NCBI GenBank assembly: GCA_040954595.2
Contig: CM082577.2
Coordinates: forward strand, 3,181,703 to 3,245,702
Length of the DNA stretch: 64,000 nucleotides
Source: Balanoglossus misakiensis
Taxonomy: Eukaryota > Animalia > Hemichordata
Direction: 5' to 3'
Shown here: in pieces, positions 40,769 through 55,213 of the stretch
How the letters are laid out: each line of letters starts with the position of its first letter
Numbering within the stretch: the stretch's first letter is position 1
Notes under the pieces: model-generated
What the model was told of the DNA's origin: nothing
Database searches by the model: none
Seen by the model: the letters and a program-made list of their open reading frames with translations, nothing else
Program-made: the position numbers and the translations under genes

Positions 40769-42436
40769 ATTTGGGGTACCCAATTACACCAAGAAATTCT
40801 CACATTGCTTTGATAGCAGTATTGCATTTACCACAGATTTGTATATTTGAATGTTTTTGTATCATGTGTATATATATATATTCAGGAAATGGACAATTTT
40901 GTGGGTTTTTTAACTCTTCGATTTTAAAATAATTAACCCAAAATAACAGCCTTGAATTATCCATAAACAAGAGTATTACATGTGGGTAATAATAGTACAT
41001 TGTACTTCAGCCATGAATGAAGATTCCTGTTTTATGAAGTGCGCCCCCATAGGCGTGTTTCTTCCTCGCTGAACGTCAAACCGTCCTGGAGTGCAGAATC
41101 ATTTCTGCAATACCATAAAGTTTCTGATAAAAAAACAAAACATGAATATAGTCAAGATTTGAAATTTAGTTTTGCCCAAATCGGGATTTTGTGCAGAACA
41201 CGAAATGTCGTTTGGATATTTTATGATTTCTACTTTCAACTACATTGTACTGTGATATATTTTAATAAGTCAAAATGATTTTATTAATACTCAAGATGAT
41301 TTGTGTTCTGTCCTCGCAAAGTTGCAATAAAATTTCCTTTGTATCCGCGAATGTAAGTATTTTGTATGCAGTTTTTGATTTTCACGCCCCCCCCCCAAAG
41401 CTGTGAGTACAGAGACGTGTTTCTCTATTGGACATGAACGATTTGGTGTGAAACATGAAAGTTTACTCGAAAGTTAAATGAGTGCGCCCTCAAAGGCATT
41501 CAATAAAAATGATTAGAAATCGTTGAATTCCGGTCACTGTCACGGTCTTGAAACTTGAACTTGCCCTGGTTGTGATGATCCACGGTGTCAGGTCCGAGTC
41601 ACGACGTCACGACAATGAAGAGAGATGGGGAAGAAACCATGGTAACCATCACTCACAGCAATGGCTTTATTCCAGCTTGCATCACAACAAGAAGTAAACA
41701 TTTGCATCTGGATGCTGAATATTAAAATCGTGGAATGCATAATAACCCGGAAGAATAATCAATATGAATAATTCATAAGTGTGGTATTTTAACCATGCAT
41801 CCAGCTAATTTGTCCTGGTTGATTTACATTTCCCGCTCTTTGTCACCTAAAACAGATGAGCACGGCAAGCACTCAACCAGGTGGGATTTTTTTTCGCTGT
41901 TCAACATGATATGGTATTTCATATTTTATGCATACTGTTTTCATATATTTATCTATATATTAACCAACAAAACTCTGGTCCTCCGCAGACTCCTGTGAAC
42001 CATATCTGAACATATAACACAGTATAGAATTAAAGAGAAGCTTCGGAAATGACCTACCAGTAAAAGCACAATATAAAACACATGCGTGATATACATTTGT
42101 ACATTTGTATATTTGGCGAGGCTTTCGGTCTTTCCACCACCAAAGGTTTCCCAATGCGACGCTGTGTAAATATCCCATTGCCGCTACGGCGTAACCCCCC
42201 CCCCCCGGGGGTCAAACTTGAAAAGCCACTTTATCATGGATATTTCTAATTATGAATGAATGAATGAATGAATGGACGGATTGTCTGGTGCGTTCGCTTT
42301 CCTTTCATTGTTTCGCGACCACATTGTTGGCATACATTTACACGTATAATTGAGAGGTTTCTATTTTAGCCCCGTCAACACGGCATCAGCCCAGCGGTCG
42401 GACTGTCCACCATACGATACGGGCAGTGGATAAAAT

Positions 42437-45227
42437 ATGGCTGCCAATGACACACGAGTCGTCAAAGTGCTTGTTTTAGGGGACAGTGGGTAAGTGCGAT
42501 AACCCTACCAAATATAGCAGTTTTGTTATACGATCCTCACACACACCGCATTGACTCGTCACGTCCATATATATTTTAATATCATGGTATCCGCGTTTGC
42601 AAGCTAGTATATCGCATTTAGAACGGAGCCTCACTGCACTGGTGTTATATTTACGCACGTATATAGTACTATTGATAATATCAGTACGGTTATCTGTGCG
42701 CAAAATATGAAGGATATACCACAGTATATCCAGATACACTACAGTATATGTTGCCATGGTAATTGGAAAGCCCCGTGTTTTAATTCTGTATCCGATAGGG
42801 CCTCAGATACACATACTGTAAAATGCATTGACCGTACATATGTGTACGCCGGGTCACGCAGCGAACATGCGAAACGTTCCATATGTAGCGTACGATGTCA
42901 AGTCCTTCGACACGACAGCTTGAATATCAGGCGTTGTACAAGGTCGCCACAACTGCAATATGTTGTTTACAGTCATTTAGGCATTTTACGGTGCCATAAC
43001 CAATATTTTTTTATCAGCATATCATCGTTTTGGTCATCAAATATTACAATTACATAACCCATGAACCATTGCATATCTCGAATGGTGACTATTATTACGC
43101 CTCCCAATATGCCCTATTCAAATTTAAATACGCCTGACCTCTGAAATATAAAGACTTAGTGCCTTTACGGATATTCACAGTGCAGGCCTATATGTCAGAC
43201 GAGCGCCACACATAAGAGGATTGTGTGATATCGGCGGCCATGGCATTTCAAGAATTGAGCCGATTTGCATGAGATAACCTTTTGATGCTGTAACTGGTCA
43301 TTATCATACCAGTACTGGTACATGTATGTGATTAAACAATCAGTTGATTGATTGCCATACACACCCACCATTTCGATGAAGGGACATGGACAACGAGAGG
43401 TTCAGTGTGAAAGCCAATATTTTGAGGTTCCGCGCCGCCATTCAAGTTGGCATACGGCGGTCTCAATATAGAGGTAAAATCACAATGCAGCACCACAGGG
43501 AACGGAGCAAACTGACTGATCTGGGTGTATGTTGTTGTTGTTGTTGTTGTCTCATATCTGATCGATCCGAGCTGAACCCACCAAATAGACCAAATAGCTT
43601 TCATTCCCACACAAGAACCACACACATTTTTCAGTCGTCCACGTTCCTTTAAGTCTAAATTCTCTTTTTTCTGGTTTTGCGAATATAGGGTTGGAAAGTC
43701 TTCGCTTGTAGATCGCTACTGCCACGATAAGTTCAAAGACCACTACACACCGACCATAGGAGCCGACTTTGCTGTCAAAGAAGTTAAAGTGGGCGATCAA
43801 ACTGTTACTATGAAAGTAAGTAAAATTTTTAATAAAAGCGCCTAATAATGAAAAGTACGTTGTTTGCACGTTGAAAAATACTGACCACAGCCCGCAACCA
43901 GTGTACATGTTACATCTTGGACTCTTAAAATAACCAAATAATCGCACGTAGGAAAATCTGATGGTATGTGGTTTTACTTAATATGAGCTGAAAAAATTAT
44001 AGTTTGAATAAGATCGTAAACATTGTGGCTGCTGATATGATTATGTTAACATAGTGTACAGGTAGGTAGGCGGTCAGAAGGACAATTGGTATACATGTAT
44101 AGTATTTACACAACATATATTAATTGTGTGCCTAACTGAAATATGGCCGATCGACCCCGCAAATACTGGAAGTTGCTTCAATACACAGGCACAAGTGTGT
44201 CGGATAGTCTAGCCAGCGAAATTGGCCATTTACCCAACTGATTTCTGGACCACCCAGTGCACTTGTGTGGACGGCATCCTGGAAAAGCGGTGACAAAATC
44301 ACTCGAGACTTGTGATAATGCCTCTCTTTGTTCGACCGTAGATTTGGGACACGGCAGGACAGGAGCGTTACAGCAGTCTGGGCATCACCTACTATCGGGG
44401 AACACACTGCTGTGTCCTGGTCTTCGACGTGACGGTGCCGGAATCGTTCCGAGCACTGGACAAGTGGAAAGACGAGTTTGCGCTGCACGCCGACCCGACC
44501 GTCGCAGCGCGCCACACCTGCGTTGTCCTTGGCAACAAGGTGGACGTTGAACTTGAAGAGAGGAAGGTAATAAGGGAAAGTGATATTTTGATTGTAGTTC
44601 CATTGCCGTCTGAAAAAGTTGATTGCCATGGGTTTAAAGAACCACCAGCCTGGAAACCCAGGAGGAATAATTACAATAATGTTCTGCAAAAGACGTGTCT
44701 CTAGGGCGAAATATGAACGCTTGAGTGATTATTATTTTTTTTTACCAAAGGACTTTGCTTGAATAACAAGTAACCGACATGAGGAAAAATTACAATAATT
44801 CTGGCGTTACAATAATCCCATTTTAAAATGTATATTAGTTAAACAAGGCAAAGGCTTGAGTTATATCGATCGCGTTATATGATTTGTCCCTATAACATTA
44901 ATAACAAATTATCGAATGGCATGAAAAGCGCGATGATTTGACCACTTTTTGTCGCACTATTAATGCCATGTCTCTTTTTTTCTGCTATTGGCATTTTGAC
45001 TACAGGTGGCCACAGACGAGGCGAGGAAATGGTGTCTTGCAAACGGCGACATCCCTTACTTTGAGACGAGCGCAAAGGACAATACGAACATAGACCAAGT
45101 GTTCCAATTCATTGCCATGAACGCTGTTTTGCACGTCACGGATGAACCGGACATTCGGTCGGTCTCGGTGCAGCTGGTCGACCCGAACCTCAGAAAGAAG
45201 CGCCAGAAAAACTCCGACTGCTGCTAG
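42437..45227 (+). CDS. Rab7-like small GTPase, paralog 1 (most divergent)
   Basis: Exons 42437-42489, 43689-43815, 44342-44566, 45006-45227; [37 protein letters not shown]-terminal CC prenylation motif. Confidence 0.9.
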
Positions 45228-47053
45228 CGAATGAATAAATTATTTAGGTGTCAAAAATATTTGATATCCTGTATTTATACCAGTATTACTTCGGACTGAA
45301 GCGTATGACATACGGGTCAAGTTACATGCGCACAAATCCATCCGCATGTCTTGTTGCTATATCAGCGCCACAGCGCAGCACTGAGATGCAGACAGCGGAC
45401 GCAGCGATGGCCGGCCGTCACCCCGTATGAACACGTCGCTCGACATCAACATGGAAGATATTTTACGCGATGTGGTAGTAATGTGATACCAGGCCTAATG
45501 TGATATAATGAGGAATCTGCTTGATACCCGGCTCTGCGACGATGTGTTACAGTTGAATGCCAAGTCTGAGATCATCAACCGTACATCCGTGCTGAAATAT
45601 ATCGCTGTGGAAAAACAATCCGCTGAATATGTATTACATGTCTTTCTATGCAATATGAACCTTGCACTACAATTTTGTTTTCGCCAAACAATTAACAAGG
45701 ATAATTGCATCAAGATAACTAGGGGTGATGTCGGGTCGAGGATGGATATGGCACCTGGTTTTATGCATAGAGTGGTTCATCCTGTTGCTGTTCATCTAAC
45801 TTTTTCCAAAGCGTTCATTTTTATCGTCCAGTCCCAAGATTCAATATCAAAGCAGGTAACGGCAACGATTATTGTGACTAAAAGTTCTGATCAGTTTTTT
45901 TTTAAATGCATCGTGGTATGACCGGCAAAATTCCTCCGCTCCTTACTGTGGTACTGCTGACCGGTGATAGAATCATTTCTCTGAACGAAACAGTCGATTC
46001 GGCAAATGATTTACAGTTTCCCGTATTTGTCACCAAACATCTCATTATTTTGACATCTTTTTTTAAGATGACTACAAACGGGCAATTTCCAGTCGCAATA
46101 ATCGTGACATGTACACAATTTACTTCAATGAATGAATTAAATGAATTGAATAAAAATTAGTTTATTTTCAAAGTGAACAACGGGTCACAGTCGTGATTTC
46201 CAAGCAAGCAAACAAGCCATCAAACAAGCAAACAAACAAACACAAGTCGTCGACAATTCCAACATAATTAATGCGTCGACCTTTATCTGAGTCATTAAAA
46301 TCCTATTAAATGGCGCTTTGAAAATTTCTCAGTTATGTAAATTCTGGGTTACTGAGCTACATTGCTTCTTACTGGCACATGGTCCAAACTTCTGTATTCT
46401 ATACAGTCCCACAGTACAAGAAAGTTTAGTTTTACACGTATATGAAAGTTTATAGGTCTAAAGACACTCGACTCTATGGGGCTTCGTCGCGGTATGTGTG
46501 ATCACGGTCGTTGTGTGATATGCAACTTGAGGACCTATTTTAGTATTTTTATGCGATACATCTATTGGCCATGCTTCAGCTTGTTCTGATGACGTTGTGA
46601 ACTTTAACAGATCGGGGGAAATGGGAAACAATTGGCCGTTCACAAAAACGGAACAAATCCCCTTCTATAGTGGTGCGCACCTGATTTGCATGTATTTCAA
46701 TGGCGTCTGTCCCTACAATGCGGACTACTAATATGCATGCAATTGTTTCTATGTCCACGGCCAGTGCATGTATACACACGGGTGTGCACAACCATAGACA
46801 TGTAGATGGGTATAACACACATACAATCACTTGAATGAAATGACGTAGCATAAATAAATAGGTCAGCGCGTCAGTGCATGCGTAGTAAGTGTTTAGATAA
46901 GACGCATTGGTTCGGTAACCTATTTTATACGGCGCTGCGAAGCCATGCCAATAGACGCAGGGAACGTCAGAACTTGTCGGCTAGTGATAGTGTGATAGGT
47001 CACATCACCTATGCCCTCCGGGAGAAAGAGTCACTGGTGCCGGTATATACAAG

Positions 47054-49225
47054 ATGGCGACACGTAAGAGGCGACTGGTAAAAGTCATTTTACTCGGAGA
47101 CAGCGGGTAAGTGTGTAAATAAGTTGACGGTACGAGAACCAACATGTACGTTTGCTTCGATATGACGTCACTGGACCCGTTGTACTTTAGTCGGGTCAGG
47201 CAGGAGAGGGCTAAAAGTCGAGACACGGGGTAGAAGTTTGAATGGAGAAATATTTAGACATCTAAGACAGTACAGAAATGCACTGACATAGGTCGTCGTC
47301 GTACGTTCTTACATATAACGGCCAGCCGTTTTCAGCATGAGTTTTGCAGTTTGATTTTGTGTAAAGTATACCGGTACACATATTAAAACGGAAGTCTTCA
47401 GTGTTTAGGTCCATACCATGGTCCATGGTACTATAGTATGTACCTCTACTGGTGCCCCCGGTTATATTGTAGGAAACCCTTCTTGTAGTGTAGCGAAGAG
47501 ATGTTTGAACACCATGATCTGGAGACCCAGATAATATAAGTCATCTCAAATATGACCATAACCGTGACCTTGACTACAGCGCCATGTAGGGACCGTGGTT
47601 CTACCTGGCGTGTTTCACAAGCCCAGCCGGTGTTCTGCGACCTGCACTGTAGTGTGGGTCGCAGAACACCGGCAACAACACACAACCATGACACGCACAG
47701 TTTTTCATTGCTGTCTCAACTTGTGTCCCGGGAAACCGTCTGCTAATCTTGCGCCTTTCATCACCGTGTCTGCGGATTCGGGTTTCCCGGGGAAAAACCT
47801 CGAGGTACACGATACTCGACTAAATTTTAAACCAAACCGTGGACAAAGGTTTGCATGTAACCCACTTCTATGTCAATTCTTATTCGACAGGGTCGGCAAA
47901 TCTTCACTCGTGGACCAATATGTGCACCATAAATTCACCGATAGGTACAAAGCGACCATTGGAGTTGACTTCACTACAAGAGAAGTTCTTGTCGGCGACG
48001 ACGTTATGACACTGCAGGTAAAACCGATCAGCGGTAAATTGATCTCGGTCACCTTGAAGTAAGCAACCTTGGAAGCTGGAGAATACCGCTTTGATTTACA
48101 ACTAAAGGAAGTTTGGTCTTAACATTCGCCGCTTTTGAATATATCTACTGCCTACACTTTGAAGAAAGCACAATTTGGAACGCTATAAATAGCCGCAGCA
48201 ATAGAAAACAATGGTCGCCTTTGTGGGGACATAGTTGGTCTCTGTGAACAGAGACAGTGAACTGCCTGTTCACAGTCGATTGTCGAACACAGGCTGTAGA
48301 ATTTCAGAAATTTGCCACCGCCTGAGTTCGAACGTAATCACATTTCGTTGGAAATGCCATCTGGTTGTTCAGGCCTGCATATCACAATACGGATGAAATC
48401 TTTTCGCACGTTAATCTATGAATATGTGATATTATAAACGATTTGCTTAAGGCTACGATACGAATATTAATATTTTTCTCCCATCGCCATGTGCTTTTTC
48501 AGATCTGGGACACGGCCGGACAAGAACGCTTCAAAAGTCTAGGCATCTCGTTCTACAGAGGAACCAACGCATGCGTGCTCGTGTTCGACGTCTCGTCTTA
48601 CAGAACTTTTCATTCACTGAACACGTGGAGGGACGATTTCCTCATCCACGGCAGTCTGGCAATAGAGAACGAGGGCGGGTCGCCGTTTTTCGTCATCGGC
48701 AACAAAACCGACTTGAGAGAAAGAGAAGTAAGTGTGTAGAACACCACGAAGCTTTGTCGTCACTGCTTATATGGTTACCGTGGTTTCTTTCTACGGACGT
48801 GATCAGATCGATATACAAGTCACTCTCAACGGCTGCGAATCAAACTCCTTTACCACTGGCTCCGATGTTGTGCTATCGAATTGGGTCTGACATGCAGTGG
48901 CCATTTTGCTTAGACATTGCGAATGTATTATTATACATTTTCACTGAGAGTCTTGGTAAAGTTTTTTTTTTGTTCTTGACAGGTTTCAAGGGATATGGTC
49001 GAATCGTGGGTTAGGAGCAAGAGGGAAGACATGCCTTATTACGAGACAAGCGCCAAGAACAGCACAAATGTCCAGCAGGTCTTTGAGGCAATCGCCACGA
49101 ACGCTTGCAATGCGATGAGAGCGAACCTCAAGGAAGACGGTGCAGATCCCTCGAAGATCAAACCAGTTTCGAACGACGTGGCAGTTGTAAAACAATACGA
49201 GTCAAACTCGAAGTGCAACTGTTGA
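47054..49225 (+). CDS. Rab7-like small GTPase, paralog 2
   Basis: Exons 47054-47106, 47891-48017, 48503-48727, 48983-49225; [37 protein letters not shown]-terminal CNC. Confidence 0.92.
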
Positions 49226-50399
49226 CCACAAGCACGCGCAGTACGTTTGCGCCAACTTAATAGATCTTTTGAACACTGTCGACCTTTTGAGTGGGATGAT
49301 GACGGCTACCGTCTGCGTGACCGCGGGACTTCCCCCACCCAACCTTGATTGAGGAGTATTTGATGTAACAGTGCCACCGTGGGTAATAATTATGTGAAAT
49401 TCACCTCAAGTGTATCTTCTAATCTGGTTTTAAGATCTTAAATGTATATGTTAAAGACTTCCTGCAGCTGTCGACGATATGGAACTTTTAGAGTTTTGAC
49501 CTGAACTTTTTTTTATTAACGAAACTAATTATTTAAAAAATATGACACTGTTCAGTGTTAGCAATGAAGGTACATTTACTGCATCGCTACACAGTTTGTA
49601 CATAAGACAAGTGATGTACCCTGTCAATAGAATATTTCATCATTAAAAGAATAAACGTTAATATTACATGAATTAGAATAGTTGTAAAAACTTGTACAAT
49701 TGACGTTTGTTCGTTCAAACCACAGTTAAATTCCCCCGGATTCTTTAAGCGGGTCAGTCTCGGTGGGGGCGCTAAACTTCGTCCGGAAAAAGGGTCTGGG
49801 GACAGGCACAGTACCACCTGGAAAGTATCTCCAAGATGGCATAGTTATACAGAACAAACTGCGGTTTCATTAGTCGGTGAATTGACATTTTCGAACATAG
49901 ATTACACAATAAGTAAGACAAGTAATATAGTCTGAGGACTAAACTCACAAACTCGGGGACTCAAAGAAAAAGAACACTGACTCAGTGAATATATTAATAT
50001 GACATGGAAGGCTGCCATACAGCGCCCCCAATCGATGCCAACCCAGAATTATGAATGCGCCCTTTGTTCACCTGAAGGTGACCCTGTGTGACCTTAAAGG
50101 ACAATGATCCCTTGTATTGGGGACGTTTGTTTAAGATTTTATTAGACTTGAAATAATCGGTAGTTGCAGCAAGCGCATTTAGTGAATACAGCCACAGTGA
50201 AAAGAACAGAAGACACTTCGGGGTTTGAAAGACACCATTTTTTGTAACCATGAGAGACTGAGTGACCCTGGGCGCCTTAATCGCTGTGACCTCAACGGGG
50301 ATTTACGGTGACGTTGGACTCCCATGCCCGGCTGTCATAGACAAAAGATACATCGTAGGTCATGTGATGACAACATTCAGCGTGTTGGGCGAAGCCCGT

Positions 50400-50411
50400 G
50401 ATGACGTCATC
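50400..50411. promoter_or_regulatory. Palindromic CRE/ATF site GATGACGTCATC upstream of Rab7-like paralog 3
   Basis: Exact TGACGTCA core in a 12-bp palindrome ~220 bp before the ATG. Confidence 0.4.
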
Positions 50412-50627
50412 GCACGAGCGGGTGCTTTCCTTGGATCGAGCGACATTTCTTCAACGTGCGCCAGCTTACACCCACCTCAATCTCAGCTCAGCTTGGATTA
50501 TTAAGCTTAAATAGGAGTGCTTGCAAATTACCTATAACCCTTTTTACGGCGTCTGAACCAACTCCGCTTCCAAGCACGTCTACTGATCTTCGCGGATTCG
50601 ACGAAAATCTCCCCCGTGACCCTCGAG

Positions 50628-52494
50628 ATGTCCTCGAGCAGACGTTCGCTTATAAAGGTCGTCATACTGGGAGATAGCGGGTAAGTCTCTGTCTAAACGA
50701 AACGCCGCATGGTAGATCTTGTTTTAGTAAATGCCGTGTTCCGGACAAAAAAATCAAAATCTTGATTTCAGACAGTGTCAGACTGGCAGGCAGGGAGACA
50801 GACAAACAGATAGGCAAACAGGCAGACAACTAAAATAACATTCACCTTGATTTATGTGCAATTTTCATGGTTTGCGTTTATAGGCCCTATACAACAAATA
50901 GCCCAAAAGAGTGTGGAAGAAAAACTGGCCGATTCCACATTTCTGTCATAAAGTATCCGTGACTCACCGCGTGTACCTTATGTCTCATGCAAGTTAGTCT
51001 TCATTCAACAAACGGCCATCTGGAGAGAATGCAATACAATCACCCCCCCCCCTGCTTTCAGTTTCATACTCGAATTGCCCATATCTCTGCGGAAACAGCA
51101 TCCATATATCATATGTCTTGTTTATGTGTTTCTTTGAACGCCCTCTAGCGTCGGAAAGACTTCACTACTCAACCAATACGTCAACAAGAAATTCAGCAAC
51201 CAGTACAAGGCGACCATAGGAGCAGACTTTTTGTCAAAAGAAACGGTCGTCGATGACAGGCTTGTTACCATGACGGTAAGGCGAGACTAGCCCCTTCTTC
51301 TGATGCCAAATGCCAACGAATAAGCCTTTGGGAATAATATTGGTCTATGTATGATGTTAGTTATAGACAATACACGTGACGGTTCACGTTACTTTGGTTG
51401 TAAATGATTTACTATATGGCTGCAAATAACATGGACATGACTTCATGGTATGGAAGAGTAACCATGGAAACCCCTACAGGGCCTACACATTACAGAATAG
51501 GGGCACGGTGGGCTGAAGGTCAAAACAGACGAACGAAGGATATACAAATATACATGGGTAACATGACCATGTGAAAGGTCGAATAAGGAAAGGGGGAGAG
51601 GGGGGAGGGAGGGAGAGAGTCAGAGAGTTGATAAGTGATAACTTTCAATTTGCACAAAAATACGCACCGACTGAAAGATATATCACTACGGAGCGCCAAG
51701 GAGAGTGGACCTTTTATACAGAGCAACAGATTAATTCCAATTTGATGTATTGGCCCCAGCATGCGATACAGGTATCCTCTAGGTAGACATCAATTATTCT
51801 GCACATGTGTCTCATTCATTCTTGCTTCCCCTCAGATTTGGGACACGGCGGGCCAGGAGAGGTTTCAGAGCCTGGGCGTCGCGTTCTACCGAGGCGCCGA
51901 GTGCTGCGTACTTGTGTTCGACGTCACGTCGCCGATTTCGTTCAAGTCGCTGGACAGCTGGAGAGACGAGTTCCTCATTCAGGCGAACGTGCGAGATGCC
52001 GAGAACTTTCCGTTCGTTGTCATCGGTAACAAAGTAGACCTGAACACGAGATCAGTAAGTTCCGGTCAGTCCACGTGTCCGAAAAATTTCTTTGTTCGTG
52101 CTTGGGCAGACCACTGGCAAATCGTGGCTGTAGTATTGAAACACGAACACGAGAATTTTACCTATAGCTACCTACCTACCTATCTATACCTGCTAGCCAA
52201 CAACCCAATAAAATTGTCAGCTTTAGACGTTTAAACCTCAGAAATTGAAAACGACTGTTACAATTTTTGTTTTAGATCTCGACGCGGAGAGCTGAAGCCT
52301 GGTGTCGCAGCAAACGCAACATACCTTACTTTGAGACCAGCGCCAGGGAGTGTCTGAACATTGACGTTGCTTTCCAAACCGTCGCCAAGAACGCCCTCAA
52401 GAAGGAACTCGAGTCGGAAATTGTCCACGACCTGCCGCCAGAAATAAGGCTGGACGATAGGGAGAAACATTCGAAGCCGGGTTGCAAATGCTGA
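50628..52494 (+). CDS. RAB7: Rab7-like small GTPase, paralog 3 (closest to canonical Rab7a)
   Basis: Exons 50628-50680, 51149-51275, 51836-52054, 52276-52494; [61 protein letters not shown]-terminal CKC. Confidence 0.9.
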
Positions 52495-54242
52495 GAGAAG
52501 AACGATTCCCTTCGGGTACATTTGTAGACTTGTGGTGTTGTCCGAATCGGGGAGGAAGGGAGTGCGCACGTCTCGGAACGCCCATACCCTCATATGATAC
52601 ATTATTCACTACTCTGTTGCACACCTGTTTAAGGATGAATTGACAAAAGAACTGACCAATCAAAAACAGCCTAACGAGACTGCCCGACTCTGAGGCCAGG
52701 GCAAGATACCTTACTTGACAATGGACAATTTACATATTAGTTTCAGCAGGTGGACCTTGCTGTTGGTGGCAAGTATCTTTTTGCCGGGTCGTTTTGAGGT
52801 ATGGCAAGTAAATAAATATCGTTGTACTGGCAGTCCCCTTACACACGTGATGCAGAGCTGAACTCTATCTTTCAAATAGATGAATAGATTTAGAACTACA
52901 TGTACCTGTACAATAAGTCAATAACGGTTGATGCCTTAAATAGGTATGCAATGAACGGAATGCCCACGGGAGACCTTATTTCCTATAGTCTAGAGTACAC
53001 GATTAGCCTATTTAGAGTAGGTGAGACAAGTCATGACACTGAAGATATATAGCATTGCCATTATTGCTGTGTGACTGAAACGGCAACAGTAACTTGAAAT
53101 GCTCCGAGAGCACGCTATTGCACCCCCGCTATAGTACAGCCATGCCCTTTCGTTATTTGACCCCGTTCGATTCACACTCAGTGCGAGCGCCTTCATTTTG
53201 GCATTGAAGTGTATGGTTCAAGGTTTCGTCTTTTGTTAGGGTTTGGTCACAAACAAGGTGACGAGGTTTAATAGCGACAATATTTTTCATTTTTACATAC
53301 ATATATCATTATAAAGGTACTTAACAAGATTGTGGATACCGGGGTAATTTTCTTTTCGCATTCAACACACGGTTTCCCATCTCACTTCGATTCACACTAA
53401 GGGTCTGTTAAATGCTAAAAGTAACTGCATGGCAACGTGCCTTGGTTTTGTATCATGGCCAAATAGTCACAGGTCAATCAAACCTCAAACTCATTAAAAT
53501 AAAATTTCTTTCAAGAAAAAGCTCACCTCTGCCAGTACACCTGACGACTTTAATTAAAACGGTAATAATTCGCACATAGACAATAAAATATGGATAAAGT
53601 ACAATTTTATTGATGACACAAAAACACAACATATCAAAGCACAAGAGTCTGGAGAATATTTTATGCCTAGAAATTAAGTTCGCCTTCTAAAGAGATCTTA
53701 AAATCATGACATGCGTACGGCACCGTGAGTAATTTTAAAGCGTTGCTGAAAACTGATATTTCGGGTCAGTGAGTAACAATGTCGGAATGTTTTCCTTTAT
53801 GCGAAAAAAAATGCAATTTACTAAATAAATCCCATGCTTGGATTCGTACACGGTGACTTCACACGCACGCTGAATTATTAATGTACATTGCATCTATCAT
53901 AAGTAAAACGTGTAAGCGTAAGACAAGTGGTAACTAAATTTTCTAATACTAGTATGCGTCGATACAAAATTCTGAAAAGTCACGGTTGGAAAGAAATCAA
54001 CATCACACAAACTACACTGATCCGCTCATATAGCAATATTAGGTTGACAATGTCTACATGAATGATTAAAAAATATACGGCGGCAATATACCATGCTGAT
54101 CGCATCGTCCAGTTGAGGAACAGCAAATTTTGCCAGACAATTTAGAAAACCCGCACGTGAGGCGAAGCGACAGATTTACTTGCACGTCTATATGTTTGAA
54201 TATAACTCATCCGCCACGATACAATGCATGTAGATGGACGGC

Positions 54243-55070
54243 CTAATCTTGAGTTTCTGCCACCGTAGTCGCCTGTTCTTCCATGGTTTCGTCGCCGCCT
54301 TCCCCCTCCTCATCCTCGTCGCTCTTCCCGCAGTCTCCATGGTGACAGCAAGATGGCGGTGGGTACGGGTGCCAGGACGGCATCGGGGGAGGGTGGGGAA
54401 AACCGCCGAAGCCGTACCCTCCCATCATCATGGACGGGTGGTGGTGCAGCATCATCAGCATCATCATGTAGTGGTGCCACGGGTCGAGCCCGTAGCCGCC
54501 GAAGCCGTGCCCGAATCCGTGATGATGTGGGCCGCCGAACCAGGAGCCGCGTTGCGCGGGGGCTCCCCAACCGCTGTACGGACAACCGTGGTGTGGATCG
54601 GCGAATGCCGCGTGATGCGGGTCGCCCGGACACGTGGACTGATGATGGCCGTGGTGCGGATCTCCCCACATACCGCTCAGGAACGGGCAGCCGTGGACGG
54701 GGTCGGCGGTGTGATTCGCATCGTCGGAGGAGTGATGCGGATCTTCGCTATGCCCAGAGTGGGGTGCATCTTCGTGGGAACCGCTACTAGGCTGATGATG
54801 ATGATGATGATGATCACGAGGGGCGTCTTGGCAATGGTGATGGGGATCTCCCTTACCGTGCCGTCCAGTAGCCGTTTGGTGTCGCGGGGGATAACAATAA
54901 AACGGGCACCGACCACGCGAAGACGTTGCGAAGGGTGGTTGGCATCGGCCTGCTCCCCTTCCCAAGCGTCCTCGGCGCGAAATTCGGCCGCCTGCACAGG
55001 GACACTTCGCAGTGCACTTGCCGGTCGCGGCTGGAGACGTCTCTTCCGTAGATGCCGTGTTTGTCGCCAT
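54243..55070 (-). CDS. Intronless His/Gly/Pro/Cys-rich protein of unknown function (275 aa)
   Basis: GC-rich ORF in AT-rich surroundings, ATG in aaATGG context, TATA box (TATAAAAA on minus, ~55214-55221), repeated DPHH/EDxPH units, Cys-Pro motifs, acidic C-terminus. Confidence 0.75.
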   Translation of the reverse strand: MATNTASTEETSPAATGKCTAKCPCAGGRISRRGRLGRGAGRCQPPFATSSRGRCPFYCYPPRHQTATGRHGKGDPHHHCQDAPRDHHHHHHQPSSGSHEDAPHSGHSEDPHHSSDDANHTADPVHGCPFLSGMWGDPHHGHHQSTCPGDPHHAAFADPHHGCPYSGWGAPAQRGSWFGGPHHHGFGHGFGGYGLDPWHHYMMMLMMLHHHPSMMMGGYGFGGFPHPPPMPSWHPYPPPSCCHHGDCGKSDEDEEGEGGDETMEEQATTVAETQD

Positions 55071-55213
55071 TTCAGATCTTGTCTAATTTTCACCTCGGCC
55101 TATCTTCTTGTAGGAACCTCCAATTTTTAAAGCGGCTTTTCGTACTTCTTCTTCGAAGTATGTCGATTCTGTCGTGTCGCAACCTGACTGTGGCTGCCCA
55201 GGCACGACTCGCT

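Noticed and set aside
54234-55130. 298-aa plus-strand ORF and other overlapping frames
   Set aside because: These are antisense or alternate-frame shadows of the GC-rich His-rich ORF; the TATA and Kozak context favour the minus strand.
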